Source: an uncultured Gemmatimonadales bacterium (lineage in GTDB: Bacteria; Gemmatimonadota; Gemmatimonadetes; Gemmatimonadales; GWC2-71-9). From it: DNA of 64,000 nucleotides. The notes under the pieces were generated by a model that saw only the letters and a program-made list of their open reading frames with translations, searched no databases and was not told the DNA's origin. The position numbers and the translations under genes were made by a program. Where the stretch lies: assembly GCA_963821525.1 (NCBI GenBank), contig CAWGED010000005.1, forward strand, positions 256,001-320,000, written 5' to 3'. Position 1 is the stretch's first letter, and every line of letters starts with the position of its first letter. Shown in pieces: positions 9,382-19,654 of the stretch.

Positions 9382-11859
9382 ATGACACTCGCTAACGACA
9401 TCCGGGTCGCGCTCCGCTCGCTGCGCCGCTCGCCCGGTTTCACGCTCGCAGCCGTAACCACGCTGGCACTCGGTATCGGTGCCAACACCGCGATCTTCAG
9501 CGTAATAGACGGAGTCCTGCTTCGTCCCACGCCGTTTTCGCACATCGATCGACTGGCGATGGTGTGGGAAACCGATCGCAAGAGCGGCACGACGAGGGAA
9601 CCGGCCTCGGTTCCTGACTTCCAGGATTTCCAGCAGCAGAGCAGGCGGTTCAGCGTGCTGGCGGCTTTCGCCGCGCAGGAGGTGAGCCTCACCCCTGAGG
9701 ATGCGGAGCCCTCGCGCCTCGCGGCGCTGGCGGTGAGCCATGAATACCTCGGCCTCACCGGGATCACTCCGATCATCGGTCGCGGGTTCAGCGCCGAGGA
9801 CGATCGTCCCGGCGGACCTCAGGTGGTGTTGATTGGCGAGGCGCTGTGGCAGCAGCTGTATTCCCGGGATCCCCAGGTTGTGGGCCGAACGATCCGGATC
9901 GACGACGCCCAGCAGACCATCATCGGTGTAGTTCCTTCCACCGCTGACTTCGGTACACTCCAGGTTCTGAGCGCGGCGGACTACGGGAAGGGATTCGCGG
10001 CCCGCGGGGGGCAGGTGCGGGTTGACCTCTGGACGCCGCTGCGCCCGGACCCCGAGAGTTATCCGCGCCAAACTCATCCGATCTTTGTCGTGGGGCGCCT
10101 TGCCGGAACGGAGGGCATCGGAGCCGCGCAACAAGAGGTAGGAGGAATCGCGGCCGACCTCGAGAAAAAGTATCCGGAGAACGACGCTCGCGGAGTTTTC
10201 ATCGAGCCACTGGCCCAGGTGGTATTTGGCCCGGTTCGGCCTGCGCTTTTCGTGCTCATGGGCGCCGTCGCTCTCGTGCTTCTCGTCGCCTGCGCCAACG
10301 TGGCCAGCCTGCTGCTGGCCCGAGGGGCGGAACGACTCCGTGAGGTCACGGTACGGACCGCGCTGGGCGCCACGACCCGTCACCTCGTTCGGCAGTTCCT
10401 GGTTGAAAGCCTTCTCCTCACGGGGTGTGGAGCACTGCTGGGTGTGCTCCTCGCGCAAGAAGGACTCGATCTCCTGCTCGCGCTCGCACCGGGAGATATC
10501 CCGCGTGTCGGCACGGTCGGCATCGACGGGAGGGTTCTCGCAGTCACCCTGGGGGTAACGATCTTCATTGCAGTCCTGTTCAGTCTGTTCCCCACTGTGC
10601 AAGCCACCCGGGTCAACCTGCAATCGGCTCTCCAAGGAGAGGCAGGCCGGGCCGCCTCCGCTGGACGTCAGCATCGCCGGTTCCGGGCGGGATTGGTCAT
10701 CGGCGAATTGGCTCTTGCGGTCATGCTGATGGCAGGAGCTGGCGTGCTGATTCGCAGCCTATGGCGCCTGCGCCAGGTTGACCCGGGGTTCAGCTCCGCG
10801 GGCATCCTCAAGGCGGAGTTCCAGCTGCCGCCCAGTCGGTATCCCACCGATTACTCCAAGTGGCCCCGCTGGCCCGCAACCCACGGGTTCAACAACGAAC
10901 TCCAGCGTCGAGTCGCGGCATTGCCGGGCGTCGAAGCCGTGACGATAGCCGGCAATCATCCGCTCGATGCGGGGTTCACCAGTTCCATCAGTGTGGTAGG
11001 ACGAGAGGCCGAAGCCCACGAGTGGCCCGAGCCGACGATCCGCCAGGTCGATGCCGGGTACTTCAAGACTTTGCGGGTTCCACTACTGGCGGGTCGGAGC
11101 ATTGCCCAGACGGACGATGCCGAAGGCGCACCGGTCATAGTGATTAATGAATCCGCCCAGCGTCGCTTCTTCGGATCCCTGCCTCCCCTGGGTCAGCAGA
11201 TCTCCTTGTGGGGAGCGAGGCGAACCGTCATCGGTGTCGTGGGGAACGAACGCTCCCATGGACTGGCCGAAGACTCACCACCCAGCGTCTATCTCCCGCG
11301 GGCGCAAGCGCCCACGAGTGGAGGGAGTCTGCTCGTGCGGACAACGGCCGGCGATCCTGCGGCGCTCGCCCCAGCGATTCGCCGGGTTGTGGCCGACCTC
11401 GATCCCTCGCTGCCCCTCTTCGGGGTAGAGCCCCTCACTCGTACGCTCTCCAATTCGATGGGGCAGCGCCGCTTCACAATGATCGTCCTTGGCGCATTCG
11501 CCGCGGTCGCACTGTTGCTGGCGGTCATCGGTGTGCACGGGGTACTCACCTACACGGTGACGCAACGAACCCGGGAAATCGGAATTCGGATGGCTCTGGG
11601 CGCCGATCGATCGCGGGTGAGGAGCCTAATCCTCAGTCAGGGAGGCACGCTGGTGGCGGGAGGGCTGATCCTTGGGCTGATCGGCGCATTCGCCATCACT
11701 CGACTACTGAGAGCCCTGCTTTACGGAGTGAGCCCGACCGATCCGGGCACGTTCCTGGGTGTTGCGGTCCTCCTGGCGGTGGTCGCTCTGATCGCGAGCT
11801 ATCTCCCGGCGGCCCGCGCGGCGCGGGTGGATCCTGCGGTGTCACTCAGGAGCGAGTGA
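9382..11859 (+). CDS. ABC permease 2 (ADOP family)
   Basis: Same family motifs ([42 protein letters not shown]); 825 aa. Confidence 0.95.
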   Translation: MTLANDIRVALRSLRRSPGFTLAAVTTLALGIGANTAIFSVIDGVLLRPTPFSHIDRLAMVWETDRKSGTTREPASVPDFQDFQQQSRRFSVLAAFAAQEVSLTPEDAEPSRLAALAVSHEYLGLTGITPIIGRGFSAEDDRPGGPQVVLIGEALWQQLYSRDPQVVGRTIRIDDAQQTIIGVVPSTADFGTLQVLSAADYGKGFAARGGQVRVDLWTPLRPDPESYPRQTHPIFVVGRLAGTEGIGAAQQEVGGIAADLEKKYPENDARGVFIEPLAQVVFGPVRPALFVLMGAVALVLLVACANVASLLLARGAERLREVTVRTALGATTRHLVRQFLVESLLLTGCGALLGVLLAQEGLDLLLALAPGDIPRVGTVGIDGRVLAVTLGVTIFIAVLFSLFPTVQATRVNLQSALQGEAGRAASAGRQHRRFRAGLVIGELALAVMLMAGAGVLIRSLWRLRQVDPGFSSAGILKAEFQLPPSRYPTDYSKWPRWPATHGFNNELQRRVAALPGVEAVTIAGNHPLDAGFTSSISVVGREAEAHEWPEPTIRQVDAGYFKTLRVPLLAGRSIAQTDDAEGAPVIVINESAQRRFFGSLPPLGQQISLWGARRTVIGVVGNERSHGLAEDSPPSVYLPRAQAPTSGGSLLVRTTAGDPAALAPAIRRVVADLDPSLPLFGVEPLTRTLSNSMGQRRFTMIVLGAFAAVALLLAVIGVHGVLTYTVTQRTREIGIRMALGADRSRVRSLILSQGGTLVAGGLILGLIGAFAITRLLRALLYGVSPTDPGTFLGVAVLLAVVALIASYLPAARAARVDPAVSLRSE

Positions 11860-11869
11860 AGACATTGCT

Positions 11870-11895
11870 GAGTACCTGGTACCGAGTACCGAGTA
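11870..11895 (+). repeat. Heptamer array (AGTACCG/GGTACCG/AGTACCT)x3+
   Basis: gagtacctggtaccgagtaccgagta directly after the permease 2 stop. Confidence 0.8.
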
Positions 11896-11937
11896 ATGGT
11901 GCCCTGAGATGTTGACAGCTCACAGCCGGATTGTCGG

Positions 11938-14400
11938 ATGACGCTCGCCAACGACATCAAATACGCGTTCCGTTCCCTGCGCCGGACGCCCGGTTTCACC
12001 ACCGCGGTCGTGCTCACGCTTGCGCTCGGTATCGGGGCAAACACGGCCGTCTTCAGCATCGCCAACGGCATCCTGTGGCGTCCTGTTCCGGGTAAGGAGC
12101 CGGACCGGCTGATGGTGATCGTCGCCAAGAACCGGGCTCAGGGCGGCTTCTTCGACTACTCCTACGCCGACTACGAAGACTTTCGGCGCGACGCGTCGGC
12201 ATTCGAGGACGTGGCGGCGTACTACCCGGCGCCGGTCAGCCTCAACAGCCAGGACCGCAACGACCGGATCTGGGCCGAGCTGGTGAGCCCGAACTACTTC
12301 GGAGTGCTGGGCGTCGAGCCGGTGGAGGGGCGAGGTTTTCTCGCCGAGGACGGACCGAATTCGGGTGCTGCACCTGTCGCTGTTGTGAGCGACCGGTTCA
12401 AGCGCCGCCTCGCGCCTGATGGAACCTCGGTACTTGGCCAGACAGTCCGTCTGAACGGGCAGGCCTTCACGATCGTCGGCGTGGCACCCCGCGAGTTCCG
12501 CGGCGTGTACCACGCTCTGTTCGGCCCGGACGTCTGGCTGCCGGTATCGAGCTTCGACGTGGTTTCACGCGGGGTACCGGGTTCATTGCTGGCTCGCGGG
12601 AGCAACTCTTTCCGTCTCATGGGGCGCCTGCGTCCCGGCGTCACCTACGACCAAGGCGGCTCCGCTGTCGCCGCGATCGGTCGCCGCCTCGAACGCGATT
12701 ACCCGGTTACCAATGCCGGGTTCGATGCCGTCGCCATGCCGGAGCTCAAGGCCCGACCGGAGCCGGATGCCGCTGGAGGCTCGGCCCTGGCCGCGCGCGC
12801 CTTTCTCGTCGTGGTGGGACTGGTCCTGCTGATTGCCTGCGCCAACGTAGCCAATCTGCTTCTTGCGCGTGCCGCATCGCGCCGGAAGGAAATCGCCCTC
12901 CGCCTCGCATTGGGCGCGGGACGTCTCCAACTGCTCCGACAGCTGCTGATCGAGAGCACCGTCCTCGGCCTCCTGGGCGGCGCACTGGGTATGGGTCTCG
13001 CCATCTGGGCGACGGCCGCACTCGGCAACGGATTCCACGCGCCGAGCGACATTCCCTTCCAGGTGGACTTCAGCCCTGACCGTCGGGTCCTCTGGTTCAC
13101 GCTGGCCATCTCACTCCTGACCAGCCTGGTATTCGGACTGGTGCCGGCATTGCAAGCGGCTCGCCCCGAGGTCGTCGGCGCGCTCAAGAATGAACCAGCC
13201 GGGCGTCACGGGTCGAACCGATCTCTCCTGCGCGGCGGGCTGGTGATCACTCAGGTCGCACTCTCCTGCGTCCTGCTGATCGGAACCGGTCTCATGCTCG
13301 AGACGCTGGGGCAGATGAAGCGGCTCGACCCAGGGTTCGATACCAGGAACGGGCTCCTGGTTTCGGTCTCGCCCGCGCTCCTGGGATACGACCAGCGTCA
13401 GGGGGAGAGCTTCTATCGCCGGATGCTGGAAGAGGTTCGCCAGACACCCGGAGTGCAGGGCGCGACGCTGGCTCAGTACGTCCCACTCGAATTCAGTGCC
13501 AGCGGAGGGGGACTCTTCGTCGCGGGACGAGAGGGCGACCAGAAGAGTCAGGGCGGCGATCCGACCTATTGGAGCGTCGTGGAGCCTGGCTATCTCGCCT
13601 TGATGGGGACCCGGCTTCTCGACGGTCGCGACTTCAGCCTGCAGGACGATTCCACCGCACCACGTGTCGCGATCGTCAATCAGGCGCTGGCCCAGCGCTA
13701 CTGGCCCGGCGCCTCGGCGATTGGAAAGACGATCCGGCTCAATGCGGTGAGTGGCCCGCCAATCGAGATCATCGGTGTCGCCGCCGACGGCAAGTACCGG
13801 GGACTCGAGGAGCGCCAGCTTCCGTATCTCTACCTGCCTCTAAGCCAGAACTACACCGGGAACGCGACACTCGTCGTTCGAAGCTCCGGTGATCCCCTGG
13901 CACTGCTGCCGGCGGTACGGGGAGCCATTCATCGTGCCGATCCGGACATGCCGGCCTTCGATACCAAGACGATGCAGCAACTGATCGAGGGCAGGGCACT
14001 ACTGGGCCCGCGCTTCGCTGCGGGGCTGGCTGGCGTGTTTGGGCTGATCGCGCTGGGCCTCGCAATGGTCGGCCTATACGGCCTCATCTCCTACTCGGTC
14101 TCACGGCGGACTCGGGAGATGGGGATCCGCATCGCGCTGGGAGCGCCGCTTCGATCGGTTCGCGGCATGGTAGTGGGTGACGGATTTCGGGTGGCCGGTA
14201 TCGGAGTCGTCCTGGGAACGGTCGTGGCGGCCGCGCTCACTCACATGCTACGGAGCCTCTTCTTCGGCATGAATCCGGGCGATACCCGGCTGCTGGTCTC
14301 CGTGCCATTGGTTCTTATCGCGATCGCGGTGCTGGCCAGCTATCTGCCCGCGCGCCGGGCGACCAAGGTTGATCCGATGGTGGCGCTTCGGGCTGAGTAG
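11938..14400 (+). CDS. ABC permease 3 (ADOP family)
   Basis: Family motifs; ends [17 protein letters not shown]; 820 aa. Confidence 0.95.
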   Translation: MTLANDIKYAFRSLRRTPGFTTAVVLTLALGIGANTAVFSIANGILWRPVPGKEPDRLMVIVAKNRAQGGFFDYSYADYEDFRRDASAFEDVAAYYPAPVSLNSQDRNDRIWAELVSPNYFGVLGVEPVEGRGFLAEDGPNSGAAPVAVVSDRFKRRLAPDGTSVLGQTVRLNGQAFTIVGVAPREFRGVYHALFGPDVWLPVSSFDVVSRGVPGSLLARGSNSFRLMGRLRPGVTYDQGGSAVAAIGRRLERDYPVTNAGFDAVAMPELKARPEPDAAGGSALAARAFLVVVGLVLLIACANVANLLLARAASRRKEIALRLALGAGRLQLLRQLLIESTVLGLLGGALGMGLAIWATAALGNGFHAPSDIPFQVDFSPDRRVLWFTLAISLLTSLVFGLVPALQAARPEVVGALKNEPAGRHGSNRSLLRGGLVITQVALSCVLLIGTGLMLETLGQMKRLDPGFDTRNGLLVSVSPALLGYDQRQGESFYRRMLEEVRQTPGVQGATLAQYVPLEFSASGGGLFVAGREGDQKSQGGDPTYWSVVEPGYLALMGTRLLDGRDFSLQDDSTAPRVAIVNQALAQRYWPGASAIGKTIRLNAVSGPPIEIIGVAADGKYRGLEERQLPYLYLPLSQNYTGNATLVVRSSGDPLALLPAVRGAIHRADPDMPAFDTKTMQQLIEGRALLGPRFAAGLAGVFGLIALGLAMVGLYGLISYSVSRRTREMGIRIALGAPLRSVRGMVVGDGFRVAGIGVVLGTVVAAALTHMLRSLFFGMNPGDTRLLVSVPLVLIAIAVLASYLPARRATKVDPMVALRAE

Positions 14401-14464
14401 TACCGAGTACCTGGTACCGGGGACGCGTGAACCAGCTAACAGCTAACAGCTGACGGCTGACGGC
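14399..14464 (+). repeat. Two heptamer arrays: (AGTACCG)x3 and graded (CAGCTAA)2(CAGCTGA)(CGGCTGA)
   Basis: agtaccgagtacctggtaccg 14399-14419; cagctaacagctaacagctgacggctgacggc 14433-14464. Confidence 0.8.
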
Positions 14465-14486
14465 GCTTCAACTAACGAGGAACCCG

Positions 14487-16913
14487 ATGTTCATGACGGA
14501 CCTGAAACACGCCGCTCGGTCGCTGCGTCGCTCGCCCGGATTCGTGATCGCCGCGGTGGCGACGCTGGCACTCGGGATCGGCGCCAACAGCGCGATTTTC
14601 AGCGTGGTCAACGCCGTCCTGATGCGGCCGTTGCCATATCCCGATCCCGATCGGCTGGTCCTGGTCTGGGAGCGCAATGTTCCGCGACACCAGGAAACCA
14701 ACGTGGTGAATCCGCAGAACTATCTCGACTGGCAGGATCGCGCGAAGAGTTTCTCGGGACTCGCCCTGCTGTCCTGGTCCCAGATCACCTTCACCGGCGA
14801 TTCTCCGGAGATTATCTCGGGCCGCGCGGTCACCCCAAACTTCTTCGATGTAATCGGAATGCCGCTGGCGATGGGCCGCGGATTCACCCAGGCCGAGGGG
14901 TTGCCGGGTAGCCCGTCGGTGATCGTGCTGAGCGATGGTCTCTGGCGACGCCGGTTCGGCGCCGATCCCGGAATCGTCGGCCGTTCGGTTCCGGTCGCCG
15001 GGGGAAGTGCACTGGTCATCGGCGTCGCGCCGGCCGCGCTGGGACCGATGCCGTGGGGCCGGGAACAGTATTGGGAACCCTTCAGGATCGATCCGAGCGA
15101 TCGGATACGCGGTGGCCGCTACGCCCTGGTGGTTGGTCGCCTGGCGCCGGGCGTCAGCCGGGAGCGCGCTCAAGCGGAGATGAGCGGGATCGCCGCCTCG
15201 CTGGAGAAGGAGTATCCCGACTTCGATACCGGGTGGAGCACGAATGTGGTCCAGCTCAAGGACCAGGTCGTTGGCTCCTCTCGCCGGGCGCTGCTGCTCC
15301 TCCTCGGTGCAGTCTCGATGGTCCTGCTGATCGCCTGCGCCAACGTGGGCAACCTGATGCTGAGCCGAGCCACCGGCCGGCAACGCGAGGTGGCCATTCG
15401 CACCGCGCTCGGCGCTTCGCGCTGGCGGCTGATGCGTCAGGCGTTGCTCGAGAGCGTGCTGCTCGCCGCGATCGGCGGCGCCGTGGGACTGTTACTCGCC
15501 GTTTGGGCGGTTGACCTCCTGGTGAGCGCCGGCCCGCGGGACATCCCGCGGCTCAGCGAGATCGGTGTGGACCCCCGGGTGTTCGCCGTTACCGCCGGGA
15601 TCTCGCTTCTGGTGGGAATCCTGTTCGGGCTGCCTGCTGCCCTGGGCGACGTGCATGCCGACCTCGCCTCCGGACTCAAGGGCGAGAGCCCGCGGAGCAC
15701 GGCGACTGTTTCGGCCACCCGTTTCCGGGGCGCGCTCGTCGTGGCCCAGATGGCGCTCGCACTGATTCTCCTCGCCGGCGCCGGTCTCCTGGTTCGCTCG
15801 CTGCAACAACTCGCTTCGGTTGATCCCGGATTTGATCCGGAGAATGTCCTCACCGTCTCCGTGGACCTTCCCGAGGCGACCTACGGAGAGGGAGCCCGGC
15901 AGACGGCGTTCCTCGACCAGCTTCGCGACCGGGTGAGGTCGCTTCCCGGTGTAACCGACGTCGGAGCGGTGAACATGCTGCCGCTCACGTCGGCGGGTTC
16001 TTCGACGACGATCCATCTCATGGGACGACCCGAACCTGCTCAGGGGCAGGAGCCGGTCGCCGACATTCGCTACGCCGATCCGGGCTACTTCACGACCATG
16101 CGCGTTCCGCTCCGGCGGGGCCGCAGCTCCAACACCGCCGACGTGCCGAAGGCGCCCCCGGTCGTGCTGATCAACGAGACCATGGCGCGGCAATTCTGGC
16201 CTAATGAGGACCCCATCGGCCGACGGCTCAAGATCGATATGTGGAAGCCGGACGATGTGGTCGAAATCATCGGCGTGGTTGGGGATCTGCATCCCAACAC
16301 GCTCGATGACGACATCCGCCCGATGATCTACTACCCGCTTTCTCAGGAACCCTCCCGTTCGCTGACTCTCGTCATTCGGCACGCGAGCGGAGTGAACGGA
16401 CTGGCGGGGCAGGTGAGGGCCGCGGTGCGCGAGATCGATCGGGGCGTGCCGCTTACCGACGTCGCCACGATGAATGCCCGGCTCAACCAGTCGATGTCGG
16501 ATCGCCGCTACCCGATGCTGCTCCTGGCCGGCTTCGCCGCGCTGGCGGTGGTCCTCGCGTCGGTCGGGATCTACGGCGTTCTTGCGTACACAGTCGGCCA
16601 GCGCACCCGAGAGATCGGGGTGCGGATGGCTCTGGGTGCCCGACGTGGTGACGTGTTGCGCATGGTCCTCGGTGGTGGCATCCGGCTGACGCTCATCGGT
16701 GTGGTGTTGGGAGCGGTGGGTGCCGCGATCGCCGGGCGAGCACTGGGGAAATTGCTTTACGGCATCACGCCGACCGATCCGGTGACCTTCGCGGCGGTGG
16801 CGCTGTTGCTCACGGCCATCGCCGCGGTCGCGTGCTATCTCCCCGCTCGCCGAGCGACCCGGGTGGACCCTATGGTGGCGTTGAGGGCGGAGTGGGAAAG
16901 GAGAAAGGACTGA
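14487..16913 (+). CDS. ABC permease 4 (ADOP family), short C-terminal extension into repeat
   Basis: Family motifs; ends VALRAE-WERRKD with the stop inside AGGACTGA. Confidence 0.95.
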   Translation: MFMTDLKHAARSLRRSPGFVIAAVATLALGIGANSAIFSVVNAVLMRPLPYPDPDRLVLVWERNVPRHQETNVVNPQNYLDWQDRAKSFSGLALLSWSQITFTGDSPEIISGRAVTPNFFDVIGMPLAMGRGFTQAEGLPGSPSVIVLSDGLWRRRFGADPGIVGRSVPVAGGSALVIGVAPAALGPMPWGREQYWEPFRIDPSDRIRGGRYALVVGRLAPGVSRERAQAEMSGIAASLEKEYPDFDTGWSTNVVQLKDQVVGSSRRALLLLLGAVSMVLLIACANVGNLMLSRATGRQREVAIRTALGASRWRLMRQALLESVLLAAIGGAVGLLLAVWAVDLLVSAGPRDIPRLSEIGVDPRVFAVTAGISLLVGILFGLPAALGDVHADLASGLKGESPRSTATVSATRFRGALVVAQMALALILLAGAGLLVRSLQQLASVDPGFDPENVLTVSVDLPEATYGEGARQTAFLDQLRDRVRSLPGVTDVGAVNMLPLTSAGSSTTIHLMGRPEPAQGQEPVADIRYADPGYFTTMRVPLRRGRSSNTADVPKAPPVVLINETMARQFWPNEDPIGRRLKIDMWKPDDVVEIIGVVGDLHPNTLDDDIRPMIYYPLSQEPSRSLTLVIRHASGVNGLAGQVRAAVREIDRGVPLTDVATMNARLNQSMSDRRYPMLLLAGFAALAVVLASVGIYGVLAYTVGQRTREIGVRMALGARRGDVLRMVLGGGIRLTLIGVVLGAVGAAIAGRALGKLLYGITPTDPVTFAAVALLLTAIAAVACYLPARRATRVDPMVALRAEWERRKD

Positions 16914-16988
16914 GGACTGGGACTGAGATAGTTCCGAGTTCCGAGTTCCGAGCTACGAGCATCAAACTCAGTCCTCAGTCCTCAGTCC
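16906..16988. repeat. Nested heptamer arrays (AGGACTG)x3-(AGTTCCG)x3-(CTCAGTC)x3
   Basis: Outer arms 16906-16927 and 16967-16988 are complementary; a different array 16930-16957 lies in the loop. Confidence 0.88.
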
Positions 16989-17012
16989 ACATCACTTTGA
17001 TTGGACCTTCCA

Positions 17013-19547
17013 ATGACGCTTCTGACTGACCTCAAGTACGCCCTTCGTGGGCTGCGCAACAATCCGGGCTTCGCGGCTGTGGCGATCCTGACGCTGGCGC
17101 TGGGGATCGGCGCCAACACCGCGATCTTCAGCGTAGTCAATGCGGTGCTACTGCGCCCGCTGCCCTACTCCGAGCCGGAGAGGTTGGTCCAGGTCTACTC
17201 GGCCGGATTTCAGGAAGGCCGGTTTTCGATGTCGTATCCCGACATCGAACAGCTGCGCGCCATGCCGCAGGTCTTCGGCGAAGTCGCCGGCTACGACACC
17301 CACGAATTCAATTTCACCGGTTCCGGGGATCCTCGCGAAATCGAGGGCGCCTACGCGTCGTCCGAGCTATTTCCGGTCCTGGGCATAAGACCGGAGCTGG
17401 GCCGCACCTTTGGTTCGGAAGATGAGCAGGCTCCGTACGTAGTGATCAGTCATCGCCTCTGGGCCTCGGTGTACGGCCGCGACCCGACGGTGCTCGGGCG
17501 GAGCATCCAACTCGATGGCGCTCCGTTTACCGTGATCGGTGTCATGCCGGCCACCTTCCGGTTCCCGAGCGAGAACATTGACCTCTGGGCCCCGCTGGGC
17601 GGGGCGTTCGCCGCCAGTCCCGAGGCACGGACCGACCGGAACCTCCACCTCTTCAACACCGTCGCACGGCTGCAGCCGGGAGTCACGAAGGAGCGGGTTC
17701 AAGCCGATCTCGCAACCCTGGCCCAGCGGCTCCAAGCACAGGAAGAAACGGCCAATCAGTCTCAGCCTCAACGGCGAGAGATGCGGATCACCGCACGGGG
17801 CGCAGCACCGGCAGGTGGTGCCGGGCCGCGACCCGGTCCCAGCGTGGCGCGGGCAAGAGACGGCGCGGGCCTCGAGATCGCCTTCGATGCGGTGCCGCTG
17901 ACCGACGAAGTCGTAGGTGACATCCGGCCGACGCTGTATGTGCTGTTCGGCACCGTGGCCATGGTGCTGCTCATCGCCTGCGCCAACGCCGCGAACTTGC
18001 TCGTGGCCCGGGCCAATTCCCGGCGCCGGGAGATCGTGATTCGGCAGGCGCTGGGGGCCGATCGCGGCCGCATCGTGCAGCAGATTCTCACCGAGAGCGT
18101 GCTGCTCGCGCTCGCGGCCGGAGTGGTCGGCGTCCTGATGAGTTACTGGGGTCTCGACCTGCTTCTCGCGACCTGGCCCGATTCACTCCCCAGGGTCCAG
18201 GACGTCACGATTGATCGCTCGGTGTTGGCATTCACCTTCCTGGTATCACTCGCGACTGGCATTGGATTCGGCCTGGTGCCTGCTCTTCGTGCCTTCCATC
18301 CGGCCATTGAAGAGGCTCTGCGCGAAGACTCCGGCGGCTTGAGCGGCGGACGCAGCCGGCAGCGGACTCAGCGAGTCATGGTCGCCGCCGAGCTGGCGGT
18401 GGCGCTGGTGCTACTGGTGTCGGCCGGCCTCCTGGTACGCAGCTTCACGCGATTGATGGAGGTGGATCCGGGGTACGACACGCACGACGTGCTCGCGGCC
18501 CGGGTCCGGCTCACTCCCTCCCGCTATCCCGATCGCGCCTCGCACGAGACCTTCTTTCGCAGTCTGAGCGACGATCTCGCCGCTCGTCCCGGGGTGGATG
18601 GTGTCACGATCTCTCGCACCATGCCGCTCACCGGGTCCATGATGATGCTCGCCATCAATCCCCAGCGGATCCGGCCCAACGATCCCGATCCGATTCTCCC
18701 GATCGCGATGCGCCTCGTAGGCTTCGACTATTTCAACACCCTGCGGGTCCCGATTCTCAAGGGACGCCCCTTCGAAGCGACCGACCGGGACGGCGCCACT
18801 CCAGTCGTAGTGATCAACACCCGGCTGGCCAAGCGGCTCTGGCCCGACGAGGATCCGGTAGGGAAGCAGATTCCCATCGGGATGCGGCGGGAAACGGAAA
18901 GGGAAGCGACGGTGGTCGGCGTGATCGGTGACGTACATTATGCCGGTCTCGACGAAGAGACCGGCCCCGAACTGTATCTTCCATTGGCGCAGGCGCCCGA
19001 TTGGGGCGAGCAGATGTGGATCGCCATCCGAGCCGAACGGAATCCGCTGCTCCTCGCGGGCACGGTCCGGGAGGCGGTGCGCCGAGCCGATCCGCAGCAG
19101 CCGGTGGCGGAACTCTTCAGTTTGGATCAGGCGATCGGCCAATCCACTGCCGCTCGCCGGTTCAATATGATGCTGATCTCGCTCTTTGCCGGGCTGGCCG
19201 CTGTGCTCTCGGTGATCGGGGTGTACGGATTGACCTCATATGCCGTCAGCCAGCGCACCAGGGAGCTGGGGATTCGCATTGCCCTCGGCGCCAAGCAGGG
19301 AGATGTCGTGCTACTGGTGATTCGCGAAGGTCTGCGGCTCGCACTGATCGGTGCCGCGATCGGCTTGCCGATAGCATTCGCCGCCTCGAAAGCCATCGGC
19401 TCGATGCTGTTCGAGGTCACGACCAGCGACGCCCTTACCTATGGTGGAACCGCGGCGCTCCTCATCTCGGCGGCGGTCCTGGCGACCTGGGTACCGGCCC
19501 GGCGGGCGGCGCGGGTGGATCCGGTGGTGGCGTTGAAGAGTGAATAA
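17013..19547 (+). CDS. ABC permease 5 (ADOP family)
   Basis: MTLLTDLKYALRGLRNNPGF..., ends PARRAARVDPVVALKSE; start moved to ATG 17013 by analogy with paralogs. Confidence 0.95.
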   Translation: MTLLTDLKYALRGLRNNPGFAAVAILTLALGIGANTAIFSVVNAVLLRPLPYSEPERLVQVYSAGFQEGRFSMSYPDIEQLRAMPQVFGEVAGYDTHEFNFTGSGDPREIEGAYASSELFPVLGIRPELGRTFGSEDEQAPYVVISHRLWASVYGRDPTVLGRSIQLDGAPFTVIGVMPATFRFPSENIDLWAPLGGAFAASPEARTDRNLHLFNTVARLQPGVTKERVQADLATLAQRLQAQEETANQSQPQRREMRITARGAAPAGGAGPRPGPSVARARDGAGLEIAFDAVPLTDEVVGDIRPTLYVLFGTVAMVLLIACANAANLLVARANSRRREIVIRQALGADRGRIVQQILTESVLLALAAGVVGVLMSYWGLDLLLATWPDSLPRVQDVTIDRSVLAFTFLVSLATGIGFGLVPALRAFHPAIEEALREDSGGLSGGRSRQRTQRVMVAAELAVALVLLVSAGLLVRSFTRLMEVDPGYDTHDVLAARVRLTPSRYPDRASHETFFRSLSDDLAARPGVDGVTISRTMPLTGSMMMLAINPQRIRPNDPDPILPIAMRLVGFDYFNTLRVPILKGRPFEATDRDGATPVVVINTRLAKRLWPDEDPVGKQIPIGMRRETEREATVVGVIGDVHYAGLDEETGPELYLPLAQAPDWGEQMWIAIRAERNPLLLAGTVREAVRRADPQQPVAELFSLDQAIGQSTAARRFNMMLISLFAGLAAVLSVIGVYGLTSYAVSQRTRELGIRIALGAKQGDVVLLVIREGLRLALIGAAIGLPIAFAASKAIGSMLFEVTTSDALTYGGTAALLISAAVLATWVPARRAARVDPVVALKSE

Positions 19548-19551
19548 AAAC

Positions 19552-19627
19552 AGTACCTAGTACCTAGTACCGAGTACGCGAGGATCGGGGCGCCAGGCTC
19601 GGTACTCGATACTAGGTACTGGGTACT
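19552..19627. repeat. Inverted pair of heptamer arrays (AGTACCT/G)x4 ... (AGGTACT)x4
   Basis: agtacctagtacctagtaccgagtacgcgag / ctcggtactcgatactaggtactgggtact; ~30-bp stem, ~15-nt loop. Confidence 0.88.
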
Positions 19628-19654
19628 TAATCTCCATCTAACTTGAGAGTACGC

